Positions 13,054 through 26,814 of a stretch of 64,000 bases of DNA are shown piece by piece; the stretch's first letter is position 1; the number at the start of each line of letters is the position of its first letter. The position numbers and the translations under genes are program-made. This DNA comes from Eledone cirrhosa (taxonomy: Eukaryota), in assembly GCA_964016885.1 (NCBI GenBank), contig OZ024761.1, positions 12,214,001 through 12,278,000 of the forward strand, read 5' to 3'. The notes beneath the pieces are model-generated. The model made no database searches, was not told the origin of the DNA, and worked only from the letters and a program-made list of their open reading frames with translations.

Positions 13054-16000
13054 TTGACGGTATCAACATGGCCGACACCTCATTATCTGAAGAGTTCAAC
13101 AATGAAAATACCAACATTTATGGAAACACGAAAATAGATATTAATGAAATGTCTGTGTTAAGTCTGCCACCCAAATTTGCGACATTTAAGAAGGTAAATA
13201 TGATTAGTTGTCTGTCAGAAATAGAAAAATCATTTACGAAACTACGCTGGAGCATCAAAAACAAAAACAAAAGCAACAATATACGCACACACATATACAA
13301 CACACATCCCAACAACAACAGACACACAGACACAAACAACAATAACAACAACAATAGCAACATACCCAGATACAATAACAACAATAGCAACATACCCAGA
13401 TACAACAGACACGCAGACACAAACAACAATAACAACACACACAACAACGATAACACACACACACACGGAGACAACAACACACATCAACAACAACACACAT
13501 CAACAACAACAACACACACACATTCAATGCCTCTCACCACCACTACAATCTTAACAAACACACAGACACAGAAAACAAGTAATGACAGTAGCACAGAAAT
13601 CAGAGAAATAAGAGAAAGTAATAGGATTAAAAGGAGTAGGGAGACTAAGGACAAAGAGAATAACCAAGACGAACACACAGACACACAAAATAGGGTAGAT
13701 AACAACATTGAGCCAGTGGAAAGAGATAGGAGTAATTATGAGAGACATAGAAACAACCATGAAGCTGAGGCTGCTGCTGTTGGTGGAAATAGAAACAACA
13801 CAACTAACAATAGCGCAAGTACACATAAAGCAGCAGCCTGGAACTCTCCGTTTTATAACCCCTCCGATAAATCATTCGACCTACGACGAGTCCACGCCAC
13901 GACTTTGCCATTTAACAAACGCACGCAGTTGCCGTCGCAGGTCGATGAACAAACAGAAGCACAATTTAGTATAGCTAAATCCGAACTTAGAAATATTATA
14001 GAACAGTATAGCAAGAAGCATAATAGAATAGAGGCCCAGCAACTGGGAGAAGAATCTGCAAATGGCTTGCGTAAGCTCATGCAGCGCTCGCGTAATGGAG
14101 AGATAGCATGCTTTCCAACAGACAAGTCCGGCAGAATGTCGGTTGACAGCCTGCCAAACTACATCCAAGCAATGCAACCCCACATCACTAACACAAGAGA
14201 GGTAACACCACAGGAGCATGAGGACAGAGAAAAAACCCTCAATGCCCATATGGTGATGTGGACAAATATAATGCAGCCCAACAAAAGGACTGCCAACAAC
14301 TTCCAGGCCTGGAACAATGACGTGCCGGCGTTGTATGGGCTTCGAAAAGACCATAAGACGGGCTGGGACCCTGTCGCGGGACCACCAACACGGCCAGTCT
14401 GTGGGGCTAACATTGCTAGTAACTACAGACTGTCCTACTTCCTCTCCCTGATCATACGCCCCATCATTGAGATGTCCCCAGATGTGTGTGACAGCACGGA
14501 GGACCTCCTCAGCAGAATCGACGCGGGTAACCGATCTGGGGACCTAACAAACTGCATAATAGGCAGTATGGATGTTGCGTCCCTGTATCCATCTATTGAC
14601 GTGGATTTTGCTGTGGAGAAATGCGTCGAAATGATCAGCGAGAGCAAGGTTGAGTTCCGTGGGATTGATACCAGTGAGCTGGGACTTCTACTTAAGCTTA
14701 CCCATAGTAATAGTTACCTAGACACTTATGACCTTAGCAACCTGTGCCCTACAAGACCAGCAAGAGGCAGACCACCTACCATTACCTCAATGGCCAAGAA
14801 AACCCACACAGATAGATGGAACGGGTGGACCAGAGCCATACGGACACCCGAAAACCACGATGAACTGAAGAAAATGATTGCACATGCGGTAGGGGCCAGC
14901 ATAAAATTAACCCTTAAGGAACATATGTTCAAATTTAATGGTAAAACATATGCCCAAGAGGAAGGAGCAGCCATTGGTGTTAGCATTGCAGGCGACATAG
15001 CTAACTTGTTCATGGTATGGTGGGACAGTAGACTTAAACAAAAACTTAAAGAACAATTAGAAGACAGATTAACCCTGATAATGTACTCCCGCTACGTAGA
15101 TGATATAAACATCGTAGTTAAGACACCCCCACTAAAGAACAGTCAGGAACCTGAGAAAAACACAATGGAAAGCATCCAGCAAATAGCAAACTCCATCCAC
15201 CAGAGCATTAGAGTTACTATAGACTACCCAAGTAGACACCCCAACCATCGATTACCTGTACTAGACACAGAGCTCTGGTTAGATACTATTAACAACCAAA
15301 AACAAATCCTCCATTCCCATTATGCCAAACCCATGACTTCCAAACATCTGATCCACCGAAACTCGGCCATTTCGGACCATACCAAAATCAACATACTGAT
15401 TGCGGATTTGATACGGGTGATGAGAAATGTGTCCCGCATGTGCAACCCCGAAGAACTAGAGAGACACATACAACACTTCATCCACCGTATGCAGTTCTCT
15501 GGCTACAATCAGAGAGATAGAATCAGAGTGTATAAAGGAGCCAGAACCAAATGGGAAAAAATGGTAAATAATGACATAAATGGGACCTGCCCCTTGTATA
15601 GGAGCAAATTTTGGAATAGAATAGAAAGAACTAAGAACAAGGCCAATAGAATAAACTCATGGTATGATAGCAATAAATACCAGAGTGTAATGTTCATCAA
15701 TACAACCCCTAGAGGTGAACTAGCCTACAAATTTAGAAGGGCCCTAAAGAAACATAATCTCAATATTAAGATAGTAGAAAGACCTGGTACCTCCGTAAAA
15801 ACACTTATTAGCAAGACATACCCGTTCCAAAGACCCTCATGTATAGATAAGAAATGTATAACCTGTAAAATAAGCCCCCATATTAACTGTAAAACTAGAA
15901 ATGTAGTATATAGCATAAGATGTACTGAGGGACAATGTAGAAACAAAAATATAGTGTACATAGGTGAGACAGCTCGTAGTATAGGGGAACGAATAAATGA

Positions 16001-16223
16001 ACACTGGCGAGACCTCCAAGATAGTAAAGAATCATCTGTGCTCTACCAACATGCTAAGATAGAACACAGGGGTAAATTAGAGAGCATAGAAATAAAAATA
16101 GAATCCACACACAAGAAAGACGCAATGTTTAGGCAAATTACAGAGGCAGTAAGCATAAAAGAATTAAAACCAAAATTAAATAGAAAATATGAGTGGAACA
16201 GCAACATCACAACTTACAATTAA
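13052..16223 (+). pseudogene. Inverted, 5'-truncated PLE ORF copy (still open, RT and GIY-YIG complete)
   Basis: Begins at IDGINMADTS. Lacks the N-terminus and 95 codons of the Asn-rich repeat relative to copy 1. Confidence 0.88.
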
Positions 16224-16521
16224 GGACAAAATGAAAACACACACACACATATATAAACAACTTACAATTGAAAACACACACAAAATGAAAACACACACAA
16301 GACAAAATGAAAACACACACACACACATAGAACAAACAACCAACCAACAATAAATAAATAAATAAACAAACAAATATAAATAGAAAAATAGAAAAATGAA
16401 CACAAACACACACAGACACCCGGATGTGGCGCATGCGCAAACTGAGCACGCAACCCACACACAAACAAAATGGCGTAGGATAGAAGAAAGGAAAGGCACA
16501 GAAACGAAGAAAGAAATCCCC

Positions 16522-16566
16522 AGTCACTGAAGAGGTCACAGAGTGTGTGACGAAAGAACTATGACT
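16522..16566 (+). ncRNA. Minimal hammerhead ribozyme in PLE pseudo-LTR (copy 3)
   Basis: agtca ctgaagag gtcaca gagtg tgtgac gaaa g aa c ta tgact. Predicted cleavage after 16561. Confidence 0.8.
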
Positions 16567-16721
16567 ATATATATATAAACAACTATCTGGTTGTGGAACC
16601 AACCAACCAACCAGAAATTTATAAATTTGTAAATTTATAAATATATATTAAATTAAATTGAAGTGAAAGCAACTGGTGCGTGTGTTTCTTATTGGCAACA
16701 TGACCCTCCCAAAGTATAACA

Positions 16722-16783
<62 letters not shown>

Positions 16784-16787
16784 GTAT

Positions 16788-16824
<37 letters not shown>

Positions 16825-16924
16825 CATATATTAAGGAGTCATGGCTTAGTGCCCCGTCATGTGAGAATTGTGTTTAATAAAGCATGTCGGCATGTTACAG
16901 TGGTTGAACACTACTTAAGGTGAC

Positions 16925-17095
16925 ACACACCCTCAACACCACCCCGCCCTCACCTGGACCCCTCTCACCCCACCCTCACCTGAACACCACACCACCCCGC
17001 CCTCATCTGGACCCCCCACCCTCACCTGGTCACCACCCCACCCTCACCTGGTCACCCCACCCCCTCACCTGGACACCACTCCCCACCCCCACCTT
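16925..17095 (+). repeat. C-rich degenerate minisatellite (CCCCACCCTCACCTGG-like)
   Basis: Several imperfect copies of ccctcacctgg. Confidence 0.7.
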
Positions 17096-17224
17096 TCTGC
17101 TATTGTGATAGACAGTACTGTTTTCTTTTGAAGTCCGACCAATTAATCACTGAGTTGTTCGATCTTCGATTTCAAACAATTGCAGCTGATTTGATTGACT
17201 AATACACTGTGAAGATATTCATAA

Positions 17225-20200
17225 TCACACACATACACCACACATACATACACACTACACCACACATACACACATACACCACACATACATACATACACAC
17301 TACACCACACATATACACATACACCACACATACATACATACACACTACACCACACATACACACATACACCACACATACATACATACACACTACACCACAC
17401 ACACACCACACATACACACATACACATACACCACACATACACATACACATACACCACACATACACACATACACCACACATACACACATACACCACACATA
17501 CACATACACATACACCACACATACACACATACACCACACATACACACATACATACATACACCACACATACACACATACACACTACACCACACATACACAC
17601 TACACCACACATACACACTACACCACACATACACACATACACACTACACCACACATACACCACACACACATACATACATACACCACACACATACATTACA
17701 TACATACACAGACACGTGTGGTACACTACACCACACACATACATTACATACATACACACACATACATACATTACATACATGCAGACACACACACACCACA
17801 CACATATGCACACACAATACACTACACACACATTACACACACAGACACATACAGAGACACACACACATACACACACCACACCACACTACACCAGACTACA
17901 CTACACTACACTACACTACACTACACTACGCTACGCTACGCTACGCTACGCTACGCTACACTACACTACACTACACTACACTACACTACACTACACTACA
18001 CTACACTACACTACACTACACCACACTACACCACACTACACTACACTACACTACACTACACTACGCTACGCTACGCTACGCTACACTACACTACACTACG
18101 CTACGCTACACTACGCCACAGTACACCACACCACACTACACCACACTACACTACACTACACCACACCACACCACACCACACCACACCACACCACACCACA
18201 CCACACCACACCACACCACACCACACCACACCACACCACACCACACCACACCACACCACACCACACCACACCACACCACACCACACTACACCACACCACA
18301 CCACACCACACCACACCACACCACACTACACTACGCCACGCCACGCTACGCTACAGTACACTACACTACACTACAGTACACCACACTACACTACACCACA
18401 CTACACACTACACTACACTACACTACAGTACACTACACCACACTACACTACACCACACCACACTACACACTACACTACACTGCACTACACTACACTACAC
18501 TACACTACAGTACACCACGCTACACTACAGTACACCACACTACACTACACCACACTAGACTACACTACACTACACCACACCACACCACACCACACCACAC
18601 CACACCACACCACACCACACCACACCACACCACACCACACCACACCACACCACACCACACCACACCACACCACACCACACCACACCACACCACACACTGC
18701 ACTGCACTACACTACAGTACACCACACTACACTACAGTACACCACACTACACTACAGTACACCACACTACACCGCACTACACTACGCTATGCTACGCTAC
18801 ACTACACTACACTACACCACACCACACTACACACTACACTACACTACACTACACTACACTACACTACACTACACTGCACTACAGTACACCACACTACACT
18901 ACACTACACTACACCACACTACACCACACTACACCACACTACACTACACTACACTACACTACAGTACACCACACTACACTACACTACACTACAGTACACC
19001 ACACTACACTACACTACAGTACACTACACTACAGTACACCACACTACACTACAGTACACCACACTACACTACACTACAGTACACCACACTACACCACACT
19101 ACACTACGCTACGCTACACTACACCACACCACACCACACTACACACTACACTACACTACACTACACTACACTACACTACACTGCACTACTGTACACCACA
19201 CTACACTACACTACAGTACACCACACTACAGTACACTACACTACAGTACACCACACTACATCACTCTACACTACACTACACTACACTACACTACACTACA
19301 GTACACCACACTACAGTACACCACACTACATCACTCTACACTACACTACACTACAGTACACTACACTACAGTACACCACACTACACCACACTACACTACA
19401 CTACAGTACACCACACTACACTACACCACACCACACCACAGTACACCACACTACACTACACTACACCACACCACACCACACCACACCACACCACACCACA
19501 CCACACTACAGTACAGTACACTACAGTACACCACACTACACTACACTACACTAAAGTACACCACACTACACTACACTACAGTACACCACACTACACTACA
19601 CCACACTACACTACACTACACTACACTACACTACACTACACTACACTACACTACACTACACTACACTACACTACACTACACTGCACTGCACTGCACTACA
19701 CTACACTACACTACACTACACTACGCTACACTACACTACACTACACTACACTACACCACAGTACACCACACTACACCACACTACACTACAGTACAGTACA
19801 CCACACTACACTACACTACACCACACTACACTACAGTACATCACACCACACCACACCACAGCACACTACACTACACTGCAGTACACCACACTACACTACA
19901 GTACACCACACTACACCACAGCACACTACACCACACTGCAGTACACCACACTACACCACACTACACTACACCACACTACACTACACTACACACTACAGTA
20001 CACTACACTACACTACACTACAGTACACCACACTACACTACACTACAGTACACTACACTACACTACACTACACTACACTACAGTACACCACACTACACTA
20101 CACCACACTACACTACACTACACACTACAGTACACTACACTACACTTCAGTACATCACACCACACTACAGTACATCACACCACACTACACTACACTACAC

Positions 20201-23130
20201 TACACTACACTACACTACACTACACAACAGTACACCACACTACATCACACCACACTACACTACACTACACTACACTACACTACACTACACTACACTACAC
20301 TACACTACACTACACTACACTACACTACACTACACTACACTACACTACACTACACTACACCACACTACACTACACCACACTAGACTACACTACACTACAG
20401 TACACTACACTACAGTACACCACACTACACTACACTACAGTACACCACACTACACCACACTACACTACACTACGCTACACTACACTACACTACACTACAC
20501 TACACTACACTACACTACACTACACTACACTACACTACACTACACTACACTACACTACACTACACCGCACTACGCTACACCGCACTACACTACACTACAC
20601 TACACTACACTACACTACACTACACTACACTACACTACACTACACTACACTACACTACACTACACTACACCACGCTACACTACACTACACTACACTACAC
20701 TACACTACACTACACTACACTACACCACACTACACTACACCAGACTACACTACACTACAGTACACCATACTACACTACACTACAGTACACTACACTACAC
20801 CACACTACACTACACCACACTACACTACACTACACTACACTACACTACACTACACCACACTACACTACACTACACCACACTACACTACAGTACATCACAC
20901 CACACCACACCACACTACACCACACTGCAGTACACCACACTACACTACAGTACACCAGACTACACCACACCACACCACAGCACACTACACCACACTGCAG
21001 TACACCACACTACACCACACCACACTACACCACACTACACTACACTACACACTGCAGTACACCACACTACAGTTCATCACACCACACTACACCACACTAC
21101 ACTACACTACACTACACTACACTACACTACACTACACTACACTACACCACACCACACCACACCACACCACACCACACTACACTACACTACACCACACTAC
21201 ACTACACACTACACTACACTACAGTACATCACACCACACTACACCACACTACACTACACTACACTACACCACCGTACACCACACTACACTACAGTACACC
21301 ACACTACACTACACCACACTAGACTACACTACACTACAGTACACCACACTACACCACACTACACTACACTACACCACACTACACTACACTACAGTACACC
21401 ACACTACACTACAGTACACCACACTACACCACACTACACTACACTATACCACACTACACTACACTACAGTACACCACACTACACTACAGTACACCACACT
21501 ACACCACACTACACTACACTACAGTACACTACACTACAGTACACCACACTACACTACAGTACACTACACTACACTACACTACACTACACCACACCACACC
21601 ACACCACACCACACCACACCACACCACACTACACTACACCACACTGCACCACACTACACTACACTACACTACACTATACTACAGTACACCACACTACACC
21701 ACACTACACTACACTACACTACAGTACAGTACACCACACTACACTACATTACACCACACTACACTACACTACACCACACTACACTACACTACACTACACT
21801 ACACTACACTACACTACAGTACACCACACTACACCACACTACACTACACTACACTACAGTACAGTACACCACACTACACTACACCACACTACACTACACT
21901 ACACCACACTACACTACACTACACTACAGTACACCACACTACACTACACTACACCACACTACACTACACTACACCACACTACACTACACTACACCACACT
22001 ACACTACACTACACCACACTACAGTACACTACACTACAGTACACCACACCACACTACAGTACACCACACTACACCACAGCACACTACACTACACTGCAGT
22101 ACACCACACTACACTACAGTACACCACACTACACCACACCACACCACAGCACACTACACCACACTGCAGTACACCACACTACACCACACCACACTACACC
22201 ACACTACACTACACTACACACTACAGTACAGTACACTACACTACACTACAGTACACTACACTACACTACACTACACTACACTACACTACACTACACTACA
22301 GTACACCACACTACACCACACCACATTACACTACACTACACCACACTGCAGTACACCACACTACACTACACTACACCACACCACACTATACTACACTACA
22401 CTACACTACACTACAGTACACCACACTACACTACACTACACTACACTACACTACACTACACTACACTACACTACACTACAGTACACCACACTACACCACA
22501 CTACACTACAGTACACTACAGTACACTACACTACACTACACCACACTACACTTCACTACACTACACTACACTACACTACACTACACTACACCACACCACA
22601 GTACACCACACTACACTACACTACAGTACATCACACCACACTACACTACACTACACTACACTACACTACACTACACTACACTACACTACACTACACTACA
22701 CTACAGTACACCACACTACAGTACACCACACTACACTACACTACACTACACTACAGTACACCACACTACAGTACATCACACCACACTACACTACACTACA
22801 CTACACTACACTACACTACACTACACTACACCACACTACAGTACACCACACTACAGTACACCACACTACACTACACTACAGTACACCACACTACAGTACA
22901 TCACACCACACTACACCACACTACAGTACACCACACTACACTACACCACACTACAGTACACCACACTACAGTACACTACACTACACCACACCACACTACA
23001 GTACACCACACTACACTACACCACACTACAGTACACCACACTACACTACACTACACCACACTACAGTACACCACACTACAGTACACCACACTACACCACC
23101 CTACATTACACCACACCACATTCCACCACC
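17225..23130 (+). repeat. Compound simple satellite: CA-rich tract (17225-17880), then ~5.2 kb of pentamers (ACTAC/ACCAC/AGTAC/GCTAC)n
   Basis: Directly visible 5-bp periodicity. Confidence 0.97.
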
Positions 23131-23189
23131 CCAGAGGCCCACTAGGTCCGGTGTTTTTCCCAGTTTCCTTGCAAAGTTGGTTAAATTAA

Positions 23190-23345
23190 CCCCAGCGCAT
23201 GACTGGTATCTTATTTTATCGACCCCCGGAAAGAATGAATGGCAAAGTTGACCTCAGCGAGATTTGAACTTAGAAAGTAAAAGAGTCAAAAGGAATACTG
23301 CAATGGTGTCTTATCCGGCGCTCTACCAATTCTGCCAACCCACCA
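23190..23345 (-). mobile_element. Diverged tRNA-derived SINE related to family 1
   Basis: ctggtatcttattttatcgaccccc...ggcaaagttgacctc...gatttgaact...ctctaccaattctgcca. Confidence 0.75.
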
Positions 23346-23382
23346 ATCACCTTCCACATTGAATAGATATTACTTCCTATTC

Positions 23383-24342
23383 TACCACCACCACCACCAC
23401 CACCGCCACCACTACCACTACCACCACTACTACCACCGCCACCACCACCACTACCACCACTACCACCACCACTACCACCACTACCACCACTGCCACCACC
23501 ACAACCACTACCACCACAACAACCACCACTGCCACCACCGCCGCCACCACCACCACCACCACCGCCACCACCACCGCCACCACCACCACTACCACCACCA
23601 CCACCATCGCCACCGCCACCGCCACCACCACCACTACCACCACCACCACCACCACAACCACCACTGCCACCACCACCGCCACCGCCACCACCACCACCAC
23701 CACTACCACCACTGCCACCACCACCACCATCGCCACTGCCACCACCACCACTACCACCACCACCACTACCACCACCACCACTGCCACCACCACGACTACC
23801 ACCACAACCACCACCACCACCACCACCACTACCACTACCACCACTACCACTACCACCACCACTACCACCACTACCACCACCACCACCACCACCACCACCA
23901 CCACCACCACTACCACCACCACCACTACCACCACCACCACCACCACCACCACTACCACTACCACCACCACCACTACCACTACCACCACTACCACCACTAC
24001 CACCACCACCACAACCACCACCACCGCCACCACTACCACCACCACCACCACTACCACTACCACCACTACCACTACCACCACCACTACCACCACTACACCA
24101 CTACCACCACCATCACCACTACCACCACCGCCACCACCACCACCACCACCACTGCCACCACCACCACCACCACCACCACCACCACCACCATCACCACCAC
24201 CACCACCACTACCACCACCACTACCACCACCAACACCACCACCACCACCACCACCACCACCACCACCACCAACACCACCACCAACACCACCACCACCACC
24301 ACTACCACCACCACAACCACCACCACCACCAACACCACCACC
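23383..24342 (+). repeat. (CAC)n-type trinucleotide tract
   Basis: Directly visible. Its flanks are shared with the tract at 60509-61168. Confidence 0.95.
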
Positions 24343-24690
24343 CTCTTCCTCTTCATTTTTATATTTCTATAATTTTTGTCTTTCTTTTACTGTTGTTTTT
24401 ATTTCTTTTATTTTTTGGGTGCAAAACGGGAGTTTTTTTATTATTTTTTTTTCTTCATCAATATTCGTGAAGTGTACTTAATGACCTACTGTGTTGTTTT
24501 GTTTTGCTTTTTGTTGTTGATATTCTGGCTTGTTGGCAGAACTTCATTGTGGCTGCTCAAGGTGATCCCATAAAATAATTCTAGGCTTTGTTAGGGGAAG
24601 AAACCAGCAATCTTTCAGGTGGGTGTCTGAAATTTGTCCTCCCTGGCATTTATGACCTTCTTTCCAAAATATGCATTATATATATATATA

Positions 24691-24886
24691 TAGGAACAAG
24701 TATGACCCCGACGGCAGAGCTCAAGCCGTTTCTGGACAGCTATTTCTAGTCCAGAAATAGCCGTCGAAACGGCTTGAGCTCTGCCGTCGGGGTCATACTT
24801 CTTCCTATTACCCACTCTACTACCCTAAGTATTGAGTACTCTAGTGCGTTATGGTCCACCTGGTTCCTTACCACAATTCCTTCGTT
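24691..24886 (+). mobile_element. Fold-back PLE-like mini-insert (family B) with partial hammerhead
   Basis: Inverted arms 24691-24732 and 24766-24807, then a ~79-nt tail. Stem II gac(a)gctatttct/agaaatagccgtc is followed by GAAA-CGGC...GCCG-TC^GGGGTC. The CUGANGA box is missing. Confidence 0.65.
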
Positions 24887-24905
24887 ATATATATATATAT
24901 ATATA

Positions 24906-25095
24906 CGTTATTCCGGGTTGAATCGGAGGTAACCACAGTAAATAAGGTACTCAATACATTGCAGAGTATAAAAGTTTTAATATAGATGAGATTCTACAGG
25001 ACTAGAACTGTTTCATTCTTTAGAAATCATCCTTCCTGATGATTTCTAAAGAATGAAACAGTTCTAGTCCTGTAGAATCTCATCTATATTAAAAC
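24906..25095. mobile_element. Fold-back PLE-like mini-insert (family C) with hammerhead core
   Basis: Tail 24906-24973, inverted arms 24974-25095. Plus strand reads ttc-CTGATGA-t ttc taaa gaa t-GAAA-CAG ttctagtc CTG-TA^gaatctc. Confidence 0.75.
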
Positions 25096-25139
25096 CTATA
25101 TATATATATATATAATATATATATATATATATACACACA

Positions 25140-25200
25140 CAGTAATCCCTCGCTATATCGCGGTTCACTATTCACAGTCCTGCTATTCCTTATCGCGGTA
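25140..25200 (+). mobile_element. pogo/Tigger-like DNA transposon terminal fragment
   Basis: CAGTAATCCCTCGCTATATCGCGGTTCAC resembles Tigger-type TIRs. No partner end was found. Confidence 0.5.
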
Positions 25201-26166
25201 TGTACGCCTGAATAAAAAGTGTTTAAATTTTAAACTTATTAAATAAGTTTCAATGTGATTGATATATCACGCTCCATCTCTTCAATTATTGCTTTAACAC
25301 CCTTATTTCCAGTTCTTATGTGTTTTTTGTTCTAGGTGTTGTCAGATTTTCCAAAGTTTATTGAGAATTTCTTGTTTTGGCTTTTCTATCTGATCTTTAT
25401 ATTCCTGAGCAGAAGTACCCTCTTCTATATTTGTCAATCTGTCCTTCAGCTTAACCCTGCTCTGTTGTGTTTCTGAAACCCTCAATGTTCTGTGGAATCT
25501 CTCCTGGTGACAACAGAGTCAATAAGTTTTCAGATGTCTCTTCTGTCACATATTCATTTCTATCTATTTCTGATATTGGTAATCTCAAATCTTCTTCAAC
25601 TTCCAACATTCGTCTTAACTTCATTAAAATCTCCAACTGTCAGTCTCTTCTTTCTAACAATATCTCTTCTTACATTTGCAAGTTTGTCTTCGTCAACGTT
25701 TAGTCTTCTTTTGGGATTTCTTTCCCTCTTCATATCCTAAAAGAATTTACTGTGTTTTGATTCCGATGGTTTGCCTAACGAGTTACAGAATGATTATATT
25801 ATATTTTATTAAGTACAAAGCATATAAATAAATTTACAGTAGAATAACATAACAAATATGTTTTAAATATATATATATAAACAACATTACAAATGCTTAG
25901 ATAACATTATAAATTGCTCGCGATTCTTTCAGAAGGATATATTCTTTTAATGTTACAATATTAAAGAAAGTGTAAAGGAAGGGGTGAACAACCGAGCCAA
26001 CACCAGAGCAAAAGACAGCAACGTCGCGAGGAGTACCGGGCAACCTCTCTAATGATTTTTGAGATAAGCCAGCACACTCCTTCCTTCACAATACAATTTG
26101 ACAAGCATTGACAAGCCTGTTATTCGGAGGGGGTCTATGATGGTGATAACACCTATTCCATGGCCA

Positions 26167-26488
26167 TCTAGGGACCTGTGCTGAAGAGATCCATCTCTGT
26201 GGTCAAGCTTCAAGTCTAGGGATCTGTACTGAAGACATCCATCTCTGTGGTCAAGCTTCAAGTCTAGGGATCTGTGCTGAAGAGATCCATCTCTGTGGTC
26301 AAGCTTCAAGTCTAGGGCTCTGTGCTGAAGAGATCCATCTCTGTGGTCAAGCTTCAAGTCTAGGGATCTGTGCTGAAGACATCCATCTCTGTGGTCAAGC
26401 TTCAAGTCTAGGGATCTGTGCTGAAGAGATCCATCTCTGTGGTCAAGCTTCAAGTCTAGGGCTCTGTGCTGAAGAGATCCATCTCTGA
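26167..26488 (+). repeat. 48-bp minisatellite, about 6.7 copies
   Basis: Unit TCTAGGGATCTGTGCTGAAGAGATCCATCTCTGTGGTCAAGCTTCAAG. Confidence 0.93.
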
Positions 26489-26576
26489 ATCAAATATTTT
26501 CTCTATTTTCATTGCTTATATCTTCTCTCTTTGTGTTTGCCGTAATTCCTTTATTGAGTAACTAATTATGCAATAC

Positions 26577-26634
26577 ACACCTGATGATGTCACCAGGATT
26601 TTACGTAACCTGGCCATTGAAATGTACATAGTGT
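26577..26634 (+). ncRNA. Solo minimal hammerhead ribozyme
   Basis: ACAC-CTGATGA-tgtca CCAGG attttacgtaa CCTGG ccatt-GAAA-TGTACA-TA^GTGT. Stem III is palindromic. Confidence 0.6.
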
Positions 26635-26814
26635 TTTTGCAACAATAAAACTTTAACAATCAAAATAATCCTGCACCACCAACAGGATTCAACATCAAAG
26701 CTGGATGAGTTGCGTAACGTTGAGTACTTTTCCTACTATTACATCATAGTTACTATACGGAATGACCAGTTCTATCCAGTAGTGAACCACCAAACTTAAA
26801 TGAATATATATATT

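Larger units (their letters stand above)
4443..16725. mobile_element. Composite Penelope-like retroelement: 4458-bp units in tandem on the minus strand (4443-13053) plus an inverted copy (13052-16725), inserted in (TA)n
   Basis: Sequence at 4443 recurs at 8901 (offset 4458). The plus-strand arm is the reverse complement of ~8961-12916. Both ends abut TA runs. Confidence 0.95.

Noticed and set aside
8961-16725. Large palindrome as a long-read fold-back artefact
   Set aside because: The arms differ by a 285-bp indel and point changes, the symmetry ends inside the element, and the outer flanks are not mirrored. Read-level confirmation is still advisable.
17718-23189. 1823-aa His/Tyr/Thr ORF
   Set aside because: Translation of a stop-poor pentamer satellite.
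23359-24372. Poly-His/poly-Thr protein
   Set aside because: A (CAC)n tract with a frame switch; the related tract at 60.5 kb does not preserve the peptide.
26167-26488. CTGAAGA in the 48-bp repeat as tandem hammerheads
   Set aside because: No GAAA box or stem III follows the GAGAT/ATCTC hairpin.
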